64,000 bases of DNA, from assembly GCA_963833985.1 (NCBI GenBank), contig CAWIAD010000002.1, positions 64,001-128,000 on the forward strand. The letters are read 5' to 3'. A model generated the notes under the pieces. That model was not told the DNA's origin. It saw only the letters and a program-made list of their open reading frames with translations, and did not search any database. Position 1 is the stretch's first letter; each line of letters opens with the position of its first letter. Below, in pieces: positions 32,963 to 46,079 of the stretch. The translations under genes were made by a program, and so were the position numbers. This DNA is from an uncultured Planctomycetaceae bacterium. GTDB taxonomy: Bacteria > Planctomycetota > Planctomycetia > Isosphaerales > Isosphaeraceae.

Positions 32963-33060
32963 CACCGTGGTGCAAGATAATCGATGGGACTGGGCTTTCA
33001 CGACGCCGTCAGTTAAGCTGCTCAAGAATCGCCGGTTTCGCAGCAGTTATCTTGATCATA
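32963..33060. repeat. ~98-bp MITE-like repeat, family B copy 2
   Basis: Inverted ends caagataa...ttatcttg; homologous to 32441-32538. Confidence 0.85.
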
Positions 33061-33192
33061 GACACGTGCATATCTGGTCCAACCTCCAACTCCTCCCGCA
33101 TCATCGACAGACCGGTCGCCCGCATCGAGGGCATATTGGCCCAGCGAATGGTGCGACCAGTGCCGCCGAAGGATACCCTCGAACGGCGTCGA

Positions 33193-34263
33193 TCAAACCT
33201 TAACGAAGAACTCCGCCGAGCGCTGAACAGCTGCGAGGTTCTCTTTGAAATGGGCGAAATTCTGCATGTCGGAATTGACCACGTCGACGCCGTGGGCGAG
33301 GACGAATGCGTAGGACCGTTGCCAGGGCGAAAGCCCCGATTGCATCAACTGGTCGTTGTAGTGCCCGTCGAAGGCCTTCTCCAGCTGCTTACCGCCGCGG
33401 GACGACAGGTAGCGGGCCGCCTTCATGCCGACGAGACCGATGCCGGCGTCCCGGGCGCGCTGGAGCGTGGGCTGAAGCTCGACCATGGCCGGAGTGCCGG
33501 CAAGGAGACTCTTCGAATCCCAGTCGTACCACCCGGCAGGTGTGATGGCGATCATGGCGAGGTCGTACCAGCCCGTTCCAATCATGGCCTCGAGGACCTG
33601 CTGCGCGCTCTTGTGGGTACTCACGCCCCAGTGGCCCACCTTCCCGGCCTGTTTCGCCTTCAGGAAGGCCTCATGCAGTTGCTCGCAGCGGACGACCTCC
33701 GGGTCGCCGACGCCCATGAGGTAGTAGGCGTCCACATAGTCGGTACCCAGATCGGTGAGGCTCGCATTGAGCAGACCCGTCCAGTAATCGGCCAGAAACC
33801 TGCCTTGCTCGACGGTCAAGGGCTTGCCCGGCTCGTGGCCGTCAATGGGACGCAACGGTGCCTTGGACGTGACCCAGATCTTGCCGCGGTGCGCCGCGAG
33901 GAAGGGGGCGAAGGCGCGCTCGCTCCCCTTGTAATAGGCGTTGGAGCCGAGATCGTAGAAGTTCACGCCCGCGTCGAACGCCGCATTGAGCAGCCGGACG
34001 GCTTTCCCGCCCATCAGCGCCGCACCGCCGCCGAAGACGAGGCGGCTGCACAGGAAATTCGTCCGGCCGAGCTTGCGGTAAGGCATGCCGCTCCGCTCGT
34101 TGCGGTGGATCAGGCCGTCGGCCGGCGCGTCCTGGGCCCGCGCCGACGGCGCGGGGGCCGGCGCGTCCTGGGCCCGTGCCGACGTTGCGACGGCCGCCGT
34201 GGCAGTGGCGGCGGTGGTGGTCTTGATGAATGCCCGGCGGTTCATCTCATTCGGCGTGGTCAT
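33193..34263 (-). CDS. Aldo/keto reductase with Tat signal peptide
   Basis: NRRAFIK twin-Arg motif; MPYRKLGRT, GVNFYD, SLTDLGTDYVD, GKVGHWGVSTH; 36-bp duplication (SARAQDAPA) near 34120-34185. Confidence 0.88.
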   Translation of the reverse strand: MTTPNEMNRRAFIKTTTAATATAAVATSARAQDAPAPAPSARAQDAPADGLIHRNERSGMPYRKLGRTNFLCSRLVFGGGAALMGGKAVRLLNAAFDAGVNFYDLGSNAYYKGSERAFAPFLAAHRGKIWVTSKAPLRPIDGHEPGKPLTVEQGRFLADYWTGLLNASLTDLGTDYVDAYYLMGVGDPEVVRCEQLHEAFLKAKQAGKVGHWGVSTHKSAQQVLEAMIGTGWYDLAMIAITPAGWYDWDSKSLLAGTPAMVELQPTLQRARDAGIGLVGMKAARYLSSRGGKQLEKAFDGHYNDQLMQSGLSPWQRSYAFVLAHGVDVVNSDMQNFAHFKENLAAVQRSAEFFVKV

Positions 34264-34425
34264 AACGCTACCCCTGGAGCTGGACGATTCCCACCTTGTT
34301 GCCACTCACCACGCTAGCTGGACGGACGCATTGCGTCAATCTTCGCCGCCATTCGCCCAGGATTGGTGATCAGGGCGGGCGTCCGTGGGATCCACCACTC
34401 CCGGGAGGTGCGGCATGGAGCTCCG

Positions 34426-34505
34426 CGTGATCTCTTCACCCCAGGCAGCCTGCTCAACGAGACGGGAGAGATGGTTCTTGCCTCGAAAGAGTCGACGGTG
34501 CTCGT
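34426..34505 (-). pseudogene. Phd/YefM-type antitoxin N-terminal remnant
   Basis: With one frameshift reads STVDSFEAKNHLSRLVEQAAWGEEIT, matching the EAK..LS.L...A..GEEI pattern; no start codon and no toxin partner. Confidence 0.65.
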
Positions 34506-34536
34506 GGGCCTCAGGTTCCAACCACGCCTGGCTCAG

Positions 34537-34662
34537 GGTGCAACAGGGACAGGGGTGCAGCAGGGACACAGGGTGCAGCAGTGACAGGTGCAGCAGGGAC
34601 AGACAGGTGCAGCAGGGAGGTGCAGCAGGGACAGGTGCAGCAGGGGTGCAGCAGGGACAGGC
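34537..34662. repeat. Degenerate tandem micro-repeat, 8 units of GGTGCAGCAGGG(ACA)
   Basis: Eight gtgca(g/a)cag(g/t)g units with variable short linkers, read directly. Confidence 0.9.
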
Positions 34663-34710
34663 GATGCATTCTTGCGTCGCTGGTCCGCCGGTCCCGGCGC
34701 TCGGCGCGTA

Positions 34711-34750
34711 CGGCACATGGCCACGTGCGTCAGCACGTGGCCATGTGCCG
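34711..34750. repeat. Perfect 18-bp-stem hairpin (partial second copy near 35034-35068)
   Basis: cggcacatggccacgtgc-gtca-gcacgtggccatgtgccg. Confidence 0.9.
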
Positions 34751-34788
34751 CAGAGTGGCATCGTCCCAGGATGGCCTTGGCGCGCCGA

Positions 34789-34881
34789 CCGTAAGGTGGG
34801 TCAGCGTAGCGCAACCCACCGGCTGGCAGGGCCTTGCGTGCGCCGAACCGCACACGCCGTACGACGTCCTGGGACGATGCC
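34789..34881 (+). repeat. REP-containing ~90-bp repeat, left copy of an inverted pair
   Basis: ccgtaaggtgggtcagcgtagcgcaacccaccggctggcagggccttgcgtgcg is a near reverse complement of 36593-36646. Confidence 0.85.
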
Positions 34882-35439
34882 CGCAGAGTCCATCACGCCC
34901 GCGCACGGTGGCGTGCGTCGCGGGCTCCAGGTGTGTCGGGTGTGTCCAGCGCAGCGACGACGCACCGTTTTGCGTTCCTGGCTTCCTCACTGGTCGGGCT
35001 CACGCCCGAGGTTGGGGGCTGCGCCCGTGAAAACCACGTGCTCACGCACGTGGCCATGTGCCGCAGAGTCCATGGCGCTGGCGCACCTGGCCATGCGCCC
35101 GGGCTCCAGGCGGAGAAGTCATGGTGCGCGCCCCGGCAGGCAAGGATTGCGTGCCCTGCGGCGACGCAGATGCGGACGCAGACGCCCCGGCACGCAAGCA
35201 TCGCCTGCCGTACGAATACACCTGCCCGACGGCTGAGGGGGAAACCAAAAATTTCTCCGGATTCCTCCGGTTTTTGGCAGTTTCGGTCGGATCCTCATAG
35301 ATAGACGGCAGATCCCGGCGCATCGGCCGCGGCTCGCCGAGGGAGGTCGCTCCCCGCGCCGCTCCTCGGTGAACCAGCAGCCAGGGCCGCTCTGCGCACC
35401 GCATACACGACCTGCACTACAAGCAAAGAGAGCAACTCC

Positions 35440-36897
35440 GTGGCCACCACAGCCCAGATCGCGGCCAATCGCCGCAACGCCGCAAAAAGCACGGGGCCGA
35501 AGAGCGACCAAGGCAAGGCCCGCGCCCGGCTCAACGCGCTGAGGCATGGCGCCAACGCCCGCATCGCCATACCGGTCCTTCCCCAGGAAGATCCGAAGGA
35601 GCTCGCCGAACGGGTCCTCCAGTGGACGTTCGAACTCGTGCCGCGCAACGACGTCGAACGCACTCTGGTCGGCCACGCAGCACGCATCGACTGGCAGATC
35701 GACCGCGCCGAGCGGGCCGAGACGGCTTACCTCGCGGCTCGCGTGCACCGCCAGCGCGACCGCGACGAGGCCACGCGGCTGAAGCAGGCCCACATCCTGG
35801 GCCGCGAGCTGCTGGATACCCTCGACCCGCGCGAGCGGTTCGGCAAAGCCGAGTACTACGAGGACATGCCCGCCGTCTTCCTCGCCCGGCTCGAGCAGCT
35901 CCCCGAGGGCTGCCGCTGGCTGCTGGCGCGGTGGTCCGAGTTCCGCAACCTCATCGACGTGCGGGCCGCCTGGAGCGAGACCGACCACTACCGGTTCCTG
36001 CGGCTCATGGGCAAGAGCTTCCTGGAAGGCATGATCGACCCGGCCGCCAACCGCGTATTCCAGGCCGTCGATGCGATCAAGCCGGATCAGGGCCGCGAGC
36101 TCTGGGAATTGTTCCGCAACATGAAAGCCAGCTCCGGCCCCTATTTCAGCGGCGCGATGCCGTGGCGGCGCCTGTCTCGCCCGCCGGCGAACGCGAAAGA
36201 GGGCTGGGAGGTCCTCAGCTCGATCGTGGACGAGGCGATCCACCGGCTGGAAGCGCGGCTCGGCGAGCACGAGGACCTGGAGCAGATCGAAGCCGACGCC
36301 GAGCCCGACCGCGCGGTCTTCGCCGCCAGCAAGGCCGTCGCGGTCCTGCGCCGGCACCAGGGTGCGCTGACCCGTGAGCTGCTGCGTACGCTGACCACGC
36401 TGTCGAAGCTGCAAAAAGCCGAGCTCGGCGCCGACAACAATAATGAAGCCGACCGCCCCCCCATGCCGGTTGTCCATGAGCCGCAGATCGGCCCCGCGCC
36501 GGAGCCAGTCGCACGTCAACCACACGATGAATCGCGCAACGGCCGGAATGAAGGGGATGGTCCCGGGATGGCGTCGAGCGGGGGCATCTCGCCGCACGCA
36601 AAGGTCTGCAAGCCGGTGGGTTGCGCTGCGCTGACCCACCCTACGGGGGGTTCTTCAAGAGTTATTGCGAGTATCCTGAACGAAGCCAATGATCTGGCGA
36701 CGCAAGTGGAGAGTGGCAGAGAGGATACAGCCATTGCAGAGCGCAAAGGGACGCCAGAACGGAGCCAATCGAGCGCAGACGTCGGGAGGTGTGCCAGCGG
36801 AGCCGGCAATGGCCAGGGAGGAAAAGGAAGCGGAAAGGAGGAAGAGGGAGGCAGAAGACAGAGGAACGGTCATGGATGCACACCGATGAACAACTAG
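35440..36897 (+). CDS. Hypothetical protein of the 'QIAANRRNA..STGP' N-terminal-motif family
   Basis: MATTAQIAANRRNAAKSTGPKSDQGKARARLNALRHG, helical core, low-complexity C-terminus; GTG start. Confidence 0.8.
   Translation: MATTAQIAANRRNAAKSTGPKSDQGKARARLNALRHGANARIAIPVLPQEDPKELAERVLQWTFELVPRNDVERTLVGHAARIDWQIDRAERAETAYLAARVHRQRDRDEATRLKQAHILGRELLDTLDPRERFGKAEYYEDMPAVFLARLEQLPEGCRWLLARWSEFRNLIDVRAAWSETDHYRFLRLMGKSFLEGMIDPAANRVFQAVDAIKPDQGRELWELFRNMKASSGPYFSGAMPWRRLSRPPANAKEGWEVLSSIVDEAIHRLEARLGEHEDLEQIEADAEPDRAVFAASKAVAVLRRHQGALTRELLRTLTTLSKLQKAELGADNNNEADRPPMPVVHEPQIGPAPEPVARQPHDESRNGRNEGDGPGMASSGGISPHAKVCKPVGCAALTHPTGGSSRVIASILNEANDLATQVESGREDTAIAERKGTPERSQSSADVGRCASGAGNGQGGKGSGKEEEGGRRQRNGHGCTPMNN
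36554..36646 (-). repeat. REP-containing ~90-bp repeat, right inverted copy, inside the 3' end of the CDS
   Basis: ggtgggttgcgctgcgctgacccaccctac (a GTAG REP on the minus strand) plus flanking homology to 34789-34881. Confidence 0.85.
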
Positions 36898-37330
36898 GGG
36901 CATCAGGGAAGGGAAGATGGGGAAAAGAAAAAGGGCCAAGGGCTGCGCGGACCCGGACAGGCGCTTGCCCGGAGCAGGTGACGCTGGATGGGGCGGTGCG
37001 GATGGAGGCTCCAGGCGGCACGCGGCAAGAAGTGAACAGCCGAAGGTAGACAATCAGGGAGCCGTCCTGGCCGATTTCCCGATTTCGCCGGTAATCTTGC
37101 TCGTTTCCCCGTTTGCGACCGGTGATCGGCTTGAACGTCGTCCTGGTTCCTGGCATGATTGATGCTTTAGCTTTCTGGAAGACATCGATGAGTGACCGGA
37201 CCAGCCCCCCCGCCTGGGGATGAAGCCGTGACGGGCCGGTTCAAGGACGAGATCGAGACAACGGCGGGCACCCAGGCGACACAACCCGGTATCGGGCTTG
37301 AAGATCGTCGGCTCGCCGGGAGGGTGTGGG

Positions 37331-38716
37331 TTGCGAATCACGTTCCATGGTGCCACCCGGCAAATTACCGGGAGCGCCCATCTTTTGGAGATTGGCTCAT
37401 ACCGTCTGCTGCTGGATTGCGGATTGTTCGACTCCGACCGGATCGATCCGAATAGCCCGAACCGTCAGCTTGGCTTCGACCCCCGGCTGCTCGACGCGGT
37501 CATTGTCTCGCATGCTCATAACGACCACATCGGCCGGCTGCCGTACCTGGTGAAGGCGGGATACAACGGCCCGATTTATGTCACCCCCGCGACGGGCGAC
37601 ATCACCAGCGTGATGCTCCGCGACAGTGCCCGGATCCAGCGCGAGGAGGTACGTAACGCCCATCTACGCTATCCCCACATCGAGACGCCCGACCCGCTCT
37701 TCGACCTGCTGGACGTGGAGTGGGTGATCGAGCGGCTCGACCGGGTTCCCTACGAAGAGCCGCGTGAGCTCGTGCCGGGCGTGACGCTGACCTACAAGGA
37801 CGCCGGGCACATCCTGGGCTCGGCCATCGTCCAGATCGACTTCTCCGAGAACGGCCGCAGCCGCCGGTTCGTGTTCACGGGCGACCTGGGCCGGAGGAAC
37901 ACCAGCTTGCTGCCAGACCCGGCCCTGGTGCGCGACATCGACATCCTGGTCTCCGAGAGCACCTACGGCAGTCGCGAGCTCGACCCTTACGATCGCCTGA
38001 TGAAGCAGCTTCACGCCATCGTGGCCCGCGCAGCCCGGCTGCAAAGCAAGATCGTCATTCCGGCATTCAGCCTGGGCCGCACCCAGCGCATGGTTTACTG
38101 CCTGCAAGAGCTATTCGCCGTCCACAAGGTCCGGCCGATCCCGATCTATGTGGACAGTCCGCTCGCCAGCCGGCTGACCGAGATCCACCGCGACCATCCC
38201 GAGGCCTACACGCCGCATGCACGCAGCCTCATGGATCGTGATCCGGTCTACTTCGGCTCCAGGTTCGTGGAGTTTTGCCAGTCCTGGAACGATTCGCGCC
38301 GGCTCAATTATCTGAGCGGTCCCATGATCATCATCTCATCCTCGGGCATGTGCGAGGCGGGGCGTATCCGGCATCATCTGCGGCACGTCGTCTCCGACCC
38401 GGACTGCGCGATTGTGATCGTCAGCTTCCAGGCAGAGGGAACGCTGGGACGGAAGCTCTCCGAGGGCGTGGAGCGGGTGCAGATTCTCGACCAGTGGTAC
38501 GACCTGAACGCGGCCGTGTACGTGCTCGACGGCTTCTCGGGCCACGGTGACCGCAACGACCTGGGCTGGTGGTACGAGCAGACCGGCGGCAACATCGAGC
38601 ACGCCTTCCTGGTGCACGGCGAGCCCGAGTCCATGGCGTCGCTATCGGAACTGCTCCAGCCGCACGTCAAGAGCCCCGTGGTGCTGCCCGAGCTGCACTC
38701 CAGCTATGAGGTCTGA
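37331..38716 (+). CDS. MBL-fold / beta-CASP ribonuclease (YSH1-like)
   Basis: ITGSAHLL, LLDCG, SHAHNDHIG, AGHILGS, ESTYG, IPAFSLGRTQ, FSGHGD, LVHGE; TTG start inferred. Confidence 0.93.
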   Translation: MRITFHGATRQITGSAHLLEIGSYRLLLDCGLFDSDRIDPNSPNRQLGFDPRLLDAVIVSHAHNDHIGRLPYLVKAGYNGPIYVTPATGDITSVMLRDSARIQREEVRNAHLRYPHIETPDPLFDLLDVEWVIERLDRVPYEEPRELVPGVTLTYKDAGHILGSAIVQIDFSENGRSRRFVFTGDLGRRNTSLLPDPALVRDIDILVSESTYGSRELDPYDRLMKQLHAIVARAARLQSKIVIPAFSLGRTQRMVYCLQELFAVHKVRPIPIYVDSPLASRLTEIHRDHPEAYTPHARSLMDRDPVYFGSRFVEFCQSWNDSRRLNYLSGPMIIISSSGMCEAGRIRHHLRHVVSDPDCAIVIVSFQAEGTLGRKLSEGVERVQILDQWYDLNAAVYVLDGFSGHGDRNDLGWWYEQTGGNIEHAFLVHGEPESMASLSELLQPHVKSPVVLPELHSSYEV

Positions 38717-38748
38717 GTGAGGTGTGACCGGTCAACATGAAGCGGGCG

Positions 38749-39444
38749 TCAACGACGATGGGCCTGGTTCGGCTCGTGCTCCCGAGCGGCATTCTCCGGC
38801 CCGCCATGCTGGCACGAGCGCAGGATGGCCAGCGCCCGGCGCACCGCGGCCAGATTCTCGCGTTCGTTGAGCCAGCGGCTGACTCCGGAGGGGTGGGGCA
38901 GGGGGATGTAGCAGACGCCGTCGCGGACGGTCGCCGTCCCCACCACGGCGGTGAGCGAGGCGACGCGCCCCAGAAACGTGCGGATGGCCAGCAAGCCCAC
39001 CAGCAGCACAATCCGCGGCTCGAGCATCTGGATCAGTTCGTCAAGCCAGGGCCGGCAGAGCGCTTGCTCCCGCGGCGAGGGGACGCGATCGCCTCTGGCG
39101 CCTGCGAGCCGTCCGGGGTAGCACCGCGTGACGGCCGCGAAGTGCACCCTGCGGTAGAAGTCTTCGCGTGGGATGCCCGCCTGCTCCAGCCAGTCGCGCA
39201 GCTTCTCGCCCGCTGCGCCGGCGAAGGGGCGGTCGTGCAGGGTTGCCCGCAGGCCGGGGGCCTGGCCGATCAGCAGGATGCGCGGGAGGGGCGCATCGGG
39301 CTCTGGGTCACGGGCGATCGGCACGGATGCGCGGTCGTCCAGGAAGCCGGCTTCATGGCACTTGCGGCAGGCACGAAGCCGCGCGTTGAGCACGACAAGG
39401 CGGTTGCGGGCAAGAGCAGCACCTGCGGCGTTCGACTTCATCAC
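38749..39444 (-). CDS. Uracil-DNA glycosylase superfamily protein
   Basis: CRKC, IGQAPG, PFAGAAGEKL, RCYPG, PLPHPSG. Confidence 0.9.
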   Translation of the reverse strand: MMKSNAAGAALARNRLVVLNARLRACRKCHEAGFLDDRASVPIARDPEPDAPLPRILLIGQAPGLRATLHDRPFAGAAGEKLRDWLEQAGIPREDFYRRVHFAAVTRCYPGRLAGARGDRVPSPREQALCRPWLDELIQMLEPRIVLLVGLLAIRTFLGRVASLTAVVGTATVRDGVCYIPLPHPSGVSRWLNERENLAAVRRALAILRSCQHGGPENAAREHEPNQAHRR

Positions 39445-39629
39445 GGTAAGCTCGGCTCTGGGAGGCCACCGGGGGACCTGGCCTTGACCCTGACCGGTCA
39501 GGCGACGTCATCGGCATGCCCTCGGTCAAGTCCGAGCCCGCCTCGAGTCAGGCGGGCCGGGCGTTGACTGCGAAAGTACGGCACGCAGGCTCTTGACTCG
39601 ATCATCTCCGGACGTGGCAGACATCAGGA

Positions 39630-40259
39630 TCATTCCGCAGGGGAGGGGACTTCGTCATACTCATCTTCAACAACATCGAACAGTTCGGGCAATGGGATCG
39701 CCAGGCGCGGCAGCAGGGTGCTGCTTGCCTCCTCTGCACCGCGGTAAACTTGCTCGATCCAGGAATCTCCATCCCGCACCAGAACCGTGACGGTCTGCGT
39801 CACCGGATCGACAATCCAGTACTCGCGAATGCCGAAGGCCAGGTACTCCTCTCGCTTGATCACGTAGTCGCGTTCTCGAGCCTCGTTCCCCTGCGATACG
39901 ACTTCCATGACAAGTGCGGGAGGTCTGCGGCGCCTTTTGTCCCTGGGGGTATTTCGGAGTGTCACCGCGACATCCGGGTTACGTCCGGAGACCATGCGGG
40001 GTAGCCAGAGCCTGTATTCGCCAGCTCCTCCGGCTCGGTGGATGATTCCGGGGTGCTTTTGCTGATTGATCGCCAGCGCAGAAACAAGCTTCCAGACGAT
40101 CTCCCCATGCGGGTCGTTCGGGACTTCGGTCACTTCAAGAATTCCTCGGGCCAGCTCGTAGCGGTATCCTTCTTCGGCCTCGGCCTCGAGGAATTCCTCG
40201 AGAGTCATCTTTCGGCCCTGGTCGGCCGGGCTGATGCGGATGGCGTTCACGGTGGCCAT
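39630..40259 (-). CDS. Uma2-family (DUF820) PD-(D/E)xK endonuclease
   Basis: MTLEEF, RYELARG, RNPDVAV, PALVMEVVS, KREEYLAFGIREYWIVDP. Confidence 0.92.
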   Translation of the reverse strand: MATVNAIRISPADQGRKMTLEEFLEAEAEEGYRYELARGILEVTEVPNDPHGEIVWKLVSALAINQQKHPGIIHRAGGAGEYRLWLPRMVSGRNPDVAVTLRNTPRDKRRRRPPALVMEVVSQGNEARERDYVIKREEYLAFGIREYWIVDPVTQTVTVLVRDGDSWIEQVYRGAEEASSTLLPRLAIPLPELFDVVEDEYDEVPSPAE

Positions 40260-40420
40260 GGAAGTTGCGACCTCCGGCGGTTTGTTTTCTCGGTTTCCAT
40301 TGTACCAGAGGCTGCTTGCGATCCTGGTTCAGCCAGGGGCCTGAAGGAGAGCGGCCCGCCAGTTCATGGGGTGAACTGGCGGGCCGCCCTTGGATCACGC
40401 TTGGTGGAAGCCGGTCGAGC

Positions 40421-44674
<4,254 letters not shown>

Positions 44675-45095
44675 GCTCACGAGACACTCTCCTCCGCGGG
44701 CCGTCGGCTGCGCCGATGCGGGGTGGTTGGTGGGTGAAAGCAACGGTCCGGCCCGTCGTGCTTGCGCCCGAGCGAGCGACCGCCCAACTCTCCAGGTACG
44801 GCAAGTACTGCGATCACCATGTCAGATCGCGGACCACCGTCGCGGGTTCATCGCCATGGCTCCCCGCAGGTTGGTCCGTGAAAACAAAAAAATTCCGCGA
44901 GCCGGCCATCCTGCCTTGCCAGGAAGGCGGCTGCGGTGAGTCGGGTCGCTCTCAGACCCAGGGGAACAAGCCGGTTTCCTCCTTGACCGGTGGAGCGGTC
45001 AAACCCCAGCATGATGCCTCGATTCCTCGACCGTAGCGGCACGCCTGCAGCCCCAGAATCGTCGGACCGGGCACTCGGTGGAGTCGCAAATTTCG

Positions 45096-45124
45096 ATAGT
45101 AAGCAATCTCAGGACCAAATCCAA
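45096..45124 (-). promoter_or_regulatory. Putative sigma-70 promoter facing rpoC
   Basis: Minus strand TTGGAT-N17-TACTAT with an A/T-rich tract just upstream (45125-45160). Confidence 0.5.
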
Positions 45125-45333
45125 GTGAAAAAGTTGTAATTTTGGAATTTTTTTCTCAAGCAGAACAGGGAATCCAACGACTCGAGCAAGTCGAGCGACC
45201 GTCCGGCACCGCAGTCCATCCACCAAACCCATCTCAAAAGAGGAGAGCGAATGGGCAGCGAGGATGTCAACCCGTCGCTCGGGCATCGCATGCCTGGATC
45301 GCTTGCGTCAGACTTGATCCTCGATCTCCTGCG

Positions 45334-45951
45334 TCAGGCTTGATTTTCCTCCGTATCGACCCACAACTGTGCCACGGCCATTGCGAAACCGGGAGGCAGG
45401 CCGCTCTCGATGGGATCGTCGCCGCTGAACCGGCGCTCGGACCAGCATGGCCGGCCTGCTTCCTCGGTGCGGGAAAGCACCACGACATGGCGCTCCTGGG
45501 GATCGACGATCCAGTACTCCCGGAGGCCGAGCGCGAGGTATTCCTCGGCTTTCTCCTCATAATCACGCTCGCGGGCGCGCCGGCCGCTCGAGACAATCTC
45601 CACGGCGAGGTCGGGACGCTGGCGGTTGCGGTACATCCGTGCGAAGTCGCGAAAGATCACTGCGAGGTCGGGATGACGATCGGACTCCAGCTCGACGAGG
45701 ATGAACCGCACGTCGCTGCCGTGGGCGAAGCGTTGGATCAGGCCGGGATGCTCGGCTCGATACTTGCTGAGCGCCTCGTGCAGGTTGTCAAGGATCTGTC
45801 CATGATCATCGCCGGGCACCTCGGTCACTTCGAGCAGTCCTCGCGACAGCTCGTAAAGATACCCGGGTTGCTCGTCGGCCTCGTGGAAGTCCTCGAGGGT
45901 CATGCGTCGGCCGTCGTCGGCCGGGCCGATACGCAGCTTGACGGTCGGCAT
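45334..45951 (-). CDS. Uma2-family endonuclease (paralog of 39630-40259)
   Basis: RIGPADDGRRMTLEDF, YELSRG, RHPDLAV, PDLAVEIVS, EEYLALGLREYWIVDP. Confidence 0.92.
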   Translation of the reverse strand: MPTVKLRIGPADDGRRMTLEDFHEADEQPGYLYELSRGLLEVTEVPGDDHGQILDNLHEALSKYRAEHPGLIQRFAHGSDVRFILVELESDRHPDLAVIFRDFARMYRNRQRPDLAVEIVSSGRRARERDYEEKAEEYLALGLREYWIVDPQERHVVVLSRTEEAGRPCWSERRFSGDDPIESGLPPGFAMAVAQLWVDTEENQA

Positions 45952-46079
45952 GGCGGCTCCTGATCTCCCCGGTTCATGGTCCTCGCGAGTACCCGCTTGT
46001 ATCCTAGCCGGGCACGGCCTTAGAATCCAGCGAGGGCAAGCACCGGGCATGTCCGAACATGCTTGCAGGAACGATTTCG

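Noticed and set aside
27833..33060. Repeats as classical integron attC sites
   Set aside because: No RYYYAAC/GTTRRRY ends were seen, there is no intI in the window, and cargo genes point both ways. Kept only as cassette-like.
34537..34662. Micro-repeat tract as a CRISPR array
   Set aside because: Units are about 12-19 bp with no unique spacers, and no cas genes are present.
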